Part shown: in pieces, positions 1 to 6,928 of the stretch
How positions within the stretch are numbered: the first letter of the stretch is position 1
Layout of the letters: every line of letters begins with the position of its first letter
Assembly (NCBI GenBank): GCA_044356215.1
Contig: JBIKWQ010000058.1
Span: forward strand, 1 to 22,095
Origin: Bdellovibrionota bacterium
Lineage (GTDB): Bacteria > Bdellovibrionota_C > UBA2361 > OMII01
Length of the DNA stretch: 22,095 nt
Direction of reading: 5' to 3'
Translations under genes and position numbers: made by a program
Notes under the pieces: model-generated
The model's database searches: none
The model's input: only the letters and a program-made list of their open reading frames with translations
What the model was told of the DNA's origin: nothing

Positions 1-64
1 TTCCGTGCTTCTTTGCGGTCATTTGTGTCTTCCATTTACAAGCATATGACACACTCCGAAGTAT

Positions 65-838
65 TTAGATACAGAAAAACACTGTGATCGTAGGTAGAAC
101 AACCGCTAGATGTGGGTAATAGTCAGGACTTTCGCCCCCCTCCCCTACAGCCGCAGCCAAAAGATCAAAAGAAGTGCTATTAGATGCTGAGCGACCTAAC
201 GCTTGCAACCGCGCAAGAAAACTCGATAGCGCCGGAATACTCCGCTCAACTCTCGCTAAAACAAAGCGCCTTTTAGCGTCACTTAACTTCAAGCCACGCT
301 GCGCGCACATCGCTTTTAAAATTGCATCTAGCGCCCAGTCCTCACAGGATCCCAATTCAAGCTGCACACCGGCTTTTAATCGGCTCTTTATCTGCGCGCT
401 CACTTCTAACTTATCCGCCGCGACGGAGCCTAGCAAAACGAGCACCCCTTTAGACTGCGAAATAGCGTCAGCCATAGCTGTAAAACCACCCTCTGCTGTT
501 GGATTTCCAATCCAGCGATCGGCGTCATCAATTATTAAAGACTGCCCGCTAGGGATTGCCCGGCTTCCCGAGAAACGATCAACATACCACCGCGAAGCTT
601 GTTCACCGCTTACCACATCTACTGATGCTTCTAAGGATCGCAGTAGTCCCGCGCAATAAACCGAAAGATGCGTCTTTCCCGTCTTCGGTGCTCCTTGAAT
701 ATAACCCAGCGCGAACCTCTTCTCTGCCGCAAGAGTAATCAGCGTGTCAGCTATTTCGCGCGAGCCCTCATGCGCGACGAAGGTCTCGGAGGAATAAGAG
801 ACCGTCTCTCCAAAAGTGAGGGTTAATTGGGACTTCAT
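65..838 (-). CDS. hda: Hda-like / DnaA-family AAA+ protein (DnaA regulatory inactivator)
   Basis: N-terminal clamp-binding-like QLTLTF, Walker A GAPKTGKTHL, Walker B LIIDD, IKSRL (cf. DLRSRL), C-terminal 'RRFVLARVERSIPAL'; 257 aa; no DnaA DNA-binding domain IV. Confidence 0.75.
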   Translation of the reverse strand: MKSQLTLTFGETVSYSSETFVAHEGSREIADTLITLAAEKRFALGYIQGAPKTGKTHLSVYCAGLLRSLEASVDVVSGEQASRWYVDRFSGSRAIPSGQSLIIDDADRWIGNPTAEGGFTAMADAISQSKGVLVLLGSVAADKLEVSAQIKSRLKAGVQLELGSCEDWALDAILKAMCAQRGLKLSDAKRRFVLARVERSIPALSSFLARLQALGRSASNSTSFDLLAAAVGEGGESPDYYPHLAVVLPTITVFFCI

Positions 839-853
839 GTCAATTTATTTCTG

Positions 854-2143
854 CTAGCAACCAGCGAAGATAAAATCTTCAGGGTCACTCATACGACTCC
901 AAACTCGAGCGCCCAGCGCGCCGACTTTGCGCTCAAAATGCTCGTAGCCACGGCGGAGATGATGTACCTCGCGCTGCTCAGTCCTTCCCTGCGCGGCGAA
1001 TCCCGCGATTGCTAGGGACGCGGCTGCGCGGATGTCTAAACCATCAACGGGCGCGCCATTTAATTCAGGCACCCCCTCGATGGTAACGATCCTCTCCGCG
1101 ATGGAGATCTTAGCTCCCAATCGCGCGAGCTCAGACGCGTGCCCGAAGCGTCCCTCATAGATCGTCTCTTCGATTGTGCTAGTGCCGTTAGCTAAAGTGA
1201 GCGCTGCCATCAGAGGAGCCTGAAGATCTGTGGCGAATCCAGGAAACGGAGCGGTCTTAATGTGCACAGGCCTTATATCTCCGGTTCTTTTGACGGAAAC
1301 CGATACATCTCCACACGATACCTCTAATCCCATCTCTCTCAGTATGTCGAGAAAATTGCCGAAATAGAGGGGATCAACACCGTTGACAGTGACGTGACCT
1401 CCGGTCATCACTCCCGCGAGTAAGTATGTTCCAGCTTCAATTCGATCACCTATTAGATTAGCTGAAGTTCCACGTAGCTCGGAGCAACCACGGATCTCTA
1501 TTATAGGCCCACCCGCTCCCTGAATGTCTGCTCCCATGCCGTTAATATAATTAGCGAGTGCGATTACCTCAGGTTCTTGAGCGCAACCCTTAATGACCGT
1601 CAGCCCTGGTACTAAACTAGCGGCCATCATTAACTGATGCGTCGCGCCCACAGATGGGAAACGAAGATCGATCATCGCGGGCTTCAATCCATTCGGAGCT
1701 GTCGCGCAGACTACTCCGTGCTTCAGCGATATATCCGCGCCCATTTTAGTGAGGCCCTCTAAATGCAGATCAACGGGCCTAGCTCCTATTAAATCTCCCC
1801 CAGGCAACGCGACTCGAGCCGCACGACCACGCGCTAAAAGCGGCGCTAGTACCCAGAAAGAAGCCCGCAGCGCTTTCACCAAACTGTAACTAGCTTCAGT
1901 GGCAACTAGATTAGAGGTCTTCGATCTGACTGTGTGTCCATCGTAATAAACCTCAGCTCCGAAGTGCTCCAAGAGGTGCAGAACTAAGCTAGTGTCGGTT
2001 AAGTTAGGAACATTGGTCAGCGTGCACTCCTCACCTGTTAGAAGAGTAGCGATAAGGAGCGGCAGCCCAGCGTTTTTAGCACCGCCAACTGTAACCTCAC
2101 CCGTAAGTGGCACCCCACCTAAAATCTCTATATATTCAGACAT
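854..2143 (-). CDS. murA: UDP-N-acetylglucosamine 1-carboxyvinyltransferase (Asp at the Cys115-equivalent position)
   Basis: GAKNA, LRAS, LPGGDLIGARPVDLH, SVGAT, DRIEAGT, PGFATDLQ, DIRA and RGYE motifs; 429 aa. Confidence 0.97.
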   Translation of the reverse strand: MSEYIEILGGVPLTGEVTVGGAKNAGLPLLIATLLTGEECTLTNVPNLTDTSLVLHLLEHFGAEVYYDGHTVRSKTSNLVATEASYSLVKALRASFWVLAPLLARGRAARVALPGGDLIGARPVDLHLEGLTKMGADISLKHGVVCATAPNGLKPAMIDLRFPSVGATHQLMMAASLVPGLTVIKGCAQEPEVIALANYINGMGADIQGAGGPIIEIRGCSELRGTSANLIGDRIEAGTYLLAGVMTGGHVTVNGVDPLYFGNFLDILREMGLEVSCGDVSVSVKRTGDIRPVHIKTAPFPGFATDLQAPLMAALTLANGTSTIEETIYEGRFGHASELARLGAKISIAERIVTIEGVPELNGAPVDGLDIRAAASLAIAGFAAQGRTEQREVHHLRRGYEHFERKVGALGARVWSRMSDPEDFIFAGC

Positions 2144-2391
2144 TTAACGATCTACTTCAGATTTAAACCTAGCCACCCCTAACAGTATGGCAGAACTGAT
2201 GAACTGAACAAGATCGGCAGGTCAATTTAGACTAATTTTTCCAGATTTTAAGCTTAATCTGACCTCAATTTTAGGGATGCCCCGCGCAACTAAGCGCTCT
2301 AGGGGCCGAACATCTACAGAACTTTCACGACGCTAAACGACTGCCTGATTTGGAGCGGTCGTCGCGTTCTTTTTTTAGGGAGACTTTTTAT

Positions 2392-2739
2392 ATGGCAACT
2401 GCGGGATTAGGAAGTAACGGTAACAGCATAGATAAAGCCGCCATTATAGTTGGTGGTAACGTTTCTGAGGCCGAGGCTGAGTTGATGGAGGCGTACAGCT
2501 TACGAGAGGGAGCTGAAGCATCAAAGTTAATTGAGATCGGGAACAAGTTAGGGATTAAAAAGATGGGTAAGGATGAGAAGGGAAACGATGTGCAGCTTCC
2601 TCCTGACTTAAAGGGGCTGCAGTTAATCGCCGAGCAGCGGTATCAGCATTCAAACCGGATTTACACCATGTTTTCATCATTACTAGACAAGATGGACCAG
2701 ATGAAGCAACGGCTAATTCAGAAGTTTGGGCAGGGATAA
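2392..2739 (+). CDS. Hypothetical 115-aa protein; C-terminal helix resembles T3SS needle (SctF) / flagellar axial D0 helix
   Basis: ATG at 2392 with RBS AGGGAGA at 2377-2383, preferred over the ORF-track TTG at 2350. C-terminus IYTMFSSLLDKMDQMKQRLIQKFG. The CDS is well supported; the function is inferred. Confidence 0.7.
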   Translation: MATAGLGSNGNSIDKAAIIVGGNVSEAEAELMEAYSLREGAEASKLIEIGNKLGIKKMGKDEKGNDVQLPPDLKGLQLIAEQRYQHSNRIYTMFSSLLDKMDQMKQRLIQKFGQG

Positions 2740-2803
2740 TAATCCCCTTTCTCTGGTGAATACGTATAAGCACATGTTTCTGTTTAACTAGAGCGAGGCC
2801 ACA

Positions 2804-2913
2804 TGCTCGTGCTCGTAAACGTAAGACGTATCCGTTCCGCTACTGCTAGTATCTTGGCTCAGGTTCCTATGTAATGCTGAATTTGGGTACGTTTACGTTT
2901 AAGTGCACGAGCA
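2804..2913. repeat. Imperfect ~30-bp inverted repeat built from CGTNNN hexamers
   Basis: TGCTCGTGCTCGTAAACGTAAGACGTATCC (2804-2833) pairs with GGGTACGTTTACGTTTAAGTGCACGAGCA (2885-2913); 51-nt loop. Confidence 0.8.
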
Positions 2914-2979
2914 CGTTCACGATTCAACCATGTAAAGCTTATTTTACTTGGGGATTGACCTGGATCTCAGTGAAGAAAA

Positions 2980-3055
2980 TGGAGCGGGCGACGGGACTCG
3001 AACCCGCGGCATCTTGCTTGGGAAGCAAGTACTCTACCAACTGAGTTACACCCGC
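2980..3055 (-). tRNA. tRNA-Gly (CCC)
   Basis: Reverse complement GCGGGTGTAACTCAGTTGGTAGAGTACTTGCTTCCCAAGCAAGATGCCGCGGGTTCGAGTCCCGTCGCCCGCTCCA: 76 nt, cloverleaf, anticodon arm CTTGC-TT-CCC-AA-GCAAG, encoded CCA. Confidence 0.98.
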
Positions 3056-3064
3056 CTAAGCCAA

Positions 3065-3822
3065 GCCGCCCCCCTGGCCGTCACGCAAATCTTGTCGTTA
3101 GCCAAGTTTGCGTAGGAGCAAATCGCGTAGGAGAAAATCGCTGAGGAGCAAACCGCGCAGCAGAACCCTGGGGGTCCAGGGGGGTCGCCCCCCTTGGCCG
3201 TCACGCAAATCTTGGCGCAGCCAAGTTTGCGTAGGAGAAAATCGCGTAGGAGCAAATCGCGTAGGAGAAAATCGCTGAGGAGCAAATCGCGCAGCAGAAC
3301 CCCGGGGGTCCAGGGGGGCCGCCCCCCTTGGCCGTCACGCAAATCTTGGCTTTAGCCAAGTTTGCGTAGGAGCAAATCGCGTAGGAGAAAATCGCGTAGG
3401 AGAAAATCGCTGAGGAGCAAACCGCGCAGCAGAACCCCGGGGGTCCAGGGGGGTCGCCCCCTTGGCCGTCACGTAAATCTTGGCTTTAGCCAAGTTTGCG
3501 TAGGAGCAAATCGCTGAGGAGCAAACCGCGCAGCAGAACCCTGGGGGTCCAGGGGGGCCGCCCCCCTTGGCCGTCACGCGAATCTTGGCTTTAGCCAAGT
3601 TTGCGTAGGAACAAATCGCGTAGGAGAAAATCGCTGAGGAGAAAATCGCGCAGCGGAACCCCGGGGGTCCAGGGGGGCCGCCCCCCTGGCCGTCACGCAA
3701 ATCTTGGCTTTAGCCAAGTTTGCGTAGGAGCAAATCGGGGTCCAGGGGGGCCGCCCCCCTTGGCCGTCACGCAAATCTTGGCGCAGCCAAGTTTGCGTAG
3801 GAGAAAATCGCGTAGGAACAAA
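3065..3822. repeat. Nested REP/BIME-like tandem array: 7 units of (GC hairpin + ACGCAAA/TTTGCGT hairpin + 1-5 x 15-bp subunit)
   Basis: Unit marker TCACG(C/T)(A/G)AATCTTG at 3081, 3201, 3335, 3469, 3574, 3693 and 3767. Periods 120, 134, 134, 105, 119 and 74 equal about 60 + 15n. 15-mer consensus GCGTAGGAG(C/A)AAATC. Confidence 0.95.
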
Positions 3823-3899
3823 TGGAGCGGGTGAAGAGATTCGAACTCTCGACCTCTTCCTTGGCAAGGAAGCGCTCTAGCCAACTGAGCTACACCCGC
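3823..3899 (-). tRNA. tRNA-Gly (GCC)
   Basis: Reverse complement GCGGGTGTAGCTCAGTTGGCTAGAGCGCTTCCTTGCCAAGGAAGAGGTCGAGAGTTCGAATCTCTTCACCCGCTCCA: 77 nt, anticodon arm CTTCC-TT-GCC-AA-GGAAG, encoded CCA. Confidence 0.98.
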
Positions 3900-3918
3900 G
3901 GAGATTCGACTGAGTTAG

Positions 3919-3947
3919 GAAGTACCGCTTCTTGAGGTAAAAGTCAA
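3919..3947 (-). promoter_or_regulatory. Putative sigma70 promoter of the tRNA-Gly locus
   Basis: Minus strand TTGACT-N17-TACTTC ending 19 nt upstream of tRNA-Gly(GCC); the -10 box is imperfect. Palindrome TGAGGT-N8-ACCTCA (3933-3952) overlaps the -35 box. Confidence 0.4.
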
Positions 3948-4089
3948 CCTCAGGGAGATAGCAGTATGAGCCAAATATGAGCACCACCGAACTCTCCACA
4001 ACTCCCCTCCTCCCTTGTTGTCAGGGCACACCTGTTCAAGTTAGACTCCTGTTCCTACTGATAAAATTTCTATTCTAGGAGCTACTACG

Positions 4090-4596
4090 ATGAGCGATTC
4101 ATGGGACGACAGGCGCCGCGCGCAAGAGGATGGATATTTCGATAATCTGAACAAGCAGGCGCTTGCCCGTTTAGCTACCAAGAAAGGCCAGCCAGCAAGA
4201 CCCAGCCCCGCCACAGGCAAACCGATGGAGGTCGTGACTGTAATGGGAGTTGTACTGGACCGCTGCGTAGATTCGGGTGGTCTGTGGCTCGACTCAGGCG
4301 AGCTTGAACAGCTAGTAGAAGCGTCAAAGAGCAGCTCTGCATCGTTGAATGATTTTATTAAATCAGCTCCATCGCTAGCAGATACACCTTCGGTGACTGG
4401 TGGTAAAACGAGTCCGATATCTGGCAAACCGATGAACCAAGATAAGGTCATGGGCGTATCGATCGACCGCTGCGGCGAATCTGGTGGCGTTTGGCTTGAT
4501 GGCTCCGAGTTAAAGAGACTCCTTGACTCTTCGCATCAGACCCTAACGAGCGGCATCAAGGATTTCTTCGCAATGGTGCTTGGTAAAAAGAGCTAA
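4090..4596 (+). CDS. Protein with two tandem zf-TFIIB-like (degenerate zinc ribbon) repeats
   Basis: RBS AGGAG upstream. Two copies of SPxxGKPM-x4-VMGVxxDRCxxSGGxWLDxxEL, matching the zf-TFIIB pattern CPxC...ID.CxxCGG.WLD.GEL but with three of four Cys replaced. Confidence 0.8.
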   Translation: MSDSWDDRRRAQEDGYFDNLNKQALARLATKKGQPARPSPATGKPMEVVTVMGVVLDRCVDSGGLWLDSGELEQLVEASKSSSASLNDFIKSAPSLADTPSVTGGKTSPISGKPMNQDKVMGVSIDRCGESGGVWLDGSELKRLLDSSHQTLTSGIKDFFAMVLGKKS

Positions 4597-4643
4597 GGAT
4601 AAAGAGTTGAATCATCGCTGTTGCGATCTTCTGCCTCTCGTCC

Positions 4644-5612
4644 TTATGCGACCTCCGGAAGATTTAAACCTAACAACCAGTCAGGCAAAAGTTCCTTTGG
4701 TAGGTAAAACAAATTATTCTCCTGCTTAAAAGGATGAAAGAACCTGAGCGCGTAAGACGCTAAACGCAGGCTGCGATCATGGGTCTCGCCGTAGTAAGGA
4801 TCGCCCACTATTGGAAGCCCCTCGTAAGCACAGTGCAATCTGATCTGGTGCGTTCGGCCCGTTAGCGGTTGCGCTAATAGAAGAGACCTCTCGTGACCTC
4901 CACGATCTAGTGCCTGATGTAATTCTAATTTAGTGCGTGCATCCTCTCCGCCTTGCTCGACACAACGGCGAAGCACCGGGTGTAGAGGATCGCGATCTAT
5001 AGCCTGCGCACACTCGCTCCTAATCCAGGAGGGGCAACCAACTACCTCCGCCAGATAATATTTTTCGATCCAGTGTCGTTCATACGCTTTCTGTAAATAC
5101 CGATTCATTCTGGACGAAAACGAGCATATCACCAATCCACTTACACCCGTATCCAAACGTGAGGGCATGTGAACCCGCTTAGCGAAATGATTCTCCAGAT
5201 AAATTTGTAGATTGTAGCGCTGTTGATCTCTGGCTGGTGTAGTTGGCAGCCCTTCAGGCTTGAAAATAATCGCCAGATCCTCATCACTATAGATAACAAA
5301 TTCAGGGATGAATCTTGGATAAAACGTCGCCACTCTCTCAAGTGACATTCGTGGCTCGTAATACTCAAGACGACATGGCGCTGTAATGCTAGCCCCAGGC
5401 TTGGCGAGCTCTCCTGCTAAATAAATGCCCCCTAGATCGAATCGCGCCGGCCATGATGATAACGATAGATGTGGAAGACGTTTAGCCAACTCCGACTCTA
5501 TTGGTTGGTTTAATATCTCAGACGCGCCGATCTCCCAACGCCAATACGAGCTAAAGAAACTTGCCTCGATTCGTTTTAGACGAGCGGCTTCTCGCTCTTG
5601 TGATGAATGCAC
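4644..5612 (-). CDS. RluA-family RNA pseudouridine synthase
   Basis: KPEGL, SRLDTGVSGL (catalytic Asp), KYYLA, TGRTHQIRLH and PIVGDPYY motifs. Confidence 0.92.
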   Translation of the reverse strand: MHSSQEREAARLKRIEASFFSSYWRWEIGASEILNQPIESELAKRLPHLSLSSWPARFDLGGIYLAGELAKPGASITAPCRLEYYEPRMSLERVATFYPRFIPEFVIYSDEDLAIIFKPEGLPTTPARDQQRYNLQIYLENHFAKRVHMPSRLDTGVSGLVICSFSSRMNRYLQKAYERHWIEKYYLAEVVGCPSWIRSECAQAIDRDPLHPVLRRCVEQGGEDARTKLELHQALDRGGHERSLLLAQPLTGRTHQIRLHCAYEGLPIVGDPYYGETHDRSLRLASYALRFFHPFKQENNLFYLPKELLPDWLLGLNLPEVA

Positions 5613-5620
5613 TGATACCG

Positions 5621-6448
5621 TTAACGATTACTTAGTAGATTCGTTAACTCTAGCGCGCGCTGAGAATTCATCAAAGCTAAAATCTGCGCCATGCGCTTCT
5701 CTGGCATACGTTCAACTAGTGATAGAGCAACATGAATATCCAACTGCTCAAGGAGGTGTGCCGCCTCGGGAGGATTCATAGATCCATAAACATTAGCTAA
5801 TTGATCTAGCTGCGCGCCTCGCTGCTTGTCTCCCTTCTCACGCTCTATCTTTAGTTTCTCCGTGAGGTCTTTTAATTCAGTGAGGCGGATCGCCAGTTCA
5901 CGCTCCTTGGCTACAAACTCCCCTTCGCGCTTATCTAACCGATTGGAACGCTCCTCAAGCTCCACTCGACGCCCATCAAGAGATGTTAAGATCTTCGACT
6001 GCTCTTTGGTCCATTGCGGTCCAACAGGGGCTTTTGTAACGACCGCTTTCGCCTCTTCTACGCGAGCGACACCTGAATATTCAATCGCCGAGAGCGTTAT
6101 CTTTGCGCAACATAAAAATGCCATAAGCCCAAGCGCTAATCCTTGTCCTCCGATCGTTTTGCCAGTATTTCGACCGGTGAAAAAACCCCTCTTAGGATCT
6201 GCTGGAGCTACGGCGCCGCTTTTCGAGGCTGGCGTTAAAACCCCAGCACCATGTTGGTAAGCCGCTTTAGCGACTACTTTGTTCGCCGCATTCGTCGGCT
6301 TTTGCGCTGCTTTCGGTGTCTTGTCATGCCCTGCCTTTATCGTGTCAGCGGACTTAGCCAGCTTCTTCTCCATCATGCTCTGCATCGCGCGCTGCATATC
6401 GTCATAGAGAGCCTGCGCTTCTTCCTTAGTGAGCTTTTTTTCAGACAT
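5621..6448 (-). CDS. MotE/YlxF/FlbB-like flagellar protein (TM, coiled coil, MgtE_N-like domain)
   Basis: Directly downstream of fliJ; hydrophobic segment, long coiled coil, then LANVYGSMNPPEAAHLLEQLD...MPEKRMAQILALM. Confidence 0.78.
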   Translation of the reverse strand: MSEKKLTKEEAQALYDDMQRAMQSMMEKKLAKSADTIKAGHDKTPKAAQKPTNAANKVVAKAAYQHGAGVLTPASKSGAVAPADPKRGFFTGRNTGKTIGGQGLALGLMAFLCCAKITLSAIEYSGVARVEEAKAVVTKAPVGPQWTKEQSKILTSLDGRRVELEERSNRLDKREGEFVAKERELAIRLTELKDLTEKLKIEREKGDKQRGAQLDQLANVYGSMNPPEAAHLLEQLDIHVALSLVERMPEKRMAQILALMNSQRALELTNLLSNR

Positions 6449-6493
6449 GGAGTTCCTTTCCGTAATACCTCTATTTAAAGCTACAGCCGAAGC

Positions 6494-6925
6494 TCACGTA
6501 TCGCGATTAACACCACGGCCCGCTAGCTCATCCAAGAAAGCGCCCTCTTGGCGGAGCTGCTCAGCTCGGTATTCCTGAAGCTTCCTATCTTTTAGAAGCT
6601 CAATAACCTTCGCCTCGCGGCTGGCTTCGATGTAGCTCTCATGAGCTACATCAGCAGCTTGAATCGCTTCAGCCACCACCAGCTTCTGCTGAGCTATAGC
6701 GATCGTAAGCCTCTCAGAGTACGCCGCTAGCCTTGTTATATCGTTAGCAGAATATGTGCCACCTTCAGTTAGTCCCAATCGCGTAAATTCGTCCTGTAAC
6801 TGGGCTAAAACATATATCTGATGGTCACGTTCAGTATTGCGACGGACAAGTTCTTGACGGGCCTCGTCACGGATTTGAACCCTGACGTCTAGAATCCGCT
6901 GGAGACGAAACTTAAATCGTTTCAT
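6494..6925 (-). CDS. fliJ: Flagellar export protein FliJ
   Basis: MKRFKFRLQRILDVR N-terminus, coiled coil, C-terminal EQ...LDE; follows fliI. Confidence 0.9.
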   Translation of the reverse strand: MKRFKFRLQRILDVRVQIRDEARQELVRRNTERDHQIYVLAQLQDEFTRLGLTEGGTYSANDITRLAAYSERLTIAIAQQKLVVAEAIQAADVAHESYIEASREAKVIELLKDRKLQEYRAEQLRQEGAFLDELAGRGVNRDT

Positions 6926-6928
6926 CTA

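Noticed and set aside
1..35. Possible start of a further minus-strand gene (MEDTNDRKEAR...)
   Set aside because: It runs off the window edge after 11 codons and cannot be supported.
2286..2312. sigma28 (FliA) promoter for the 115-aa gene
   Set aside because: GCCGAACA resembles the -10 box, but the -35 position reads GCAACTAA, a poor match to TAAAGTTT.
3056..3822. CRISPR array
   Set aside because: Sequences between the conserved hairpins are themselves repeats rather than unique spacers, periods vary in 15-bp steps, and no cas genes are present.
3046..3884. ORFs in the repeat array (3046-3342, 3335-3700, 3574-3867, 3601-3834, 3693-3884)
   Set aside because: By-products of stop-poor 15-bp periodic repeats; open in several frames, three overlap tRNAs, and the translations are low-complexity.
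2980..3899. Integrative element with a duplicated tRNA att site
   Set aside because: Both tRNAs are complete, distinct isoacceptors; there is no integrase and no partial tRNA 3' duplicate. Matches between array and tRNA (e.g. TAGCCAA) are too short to be meaningful.
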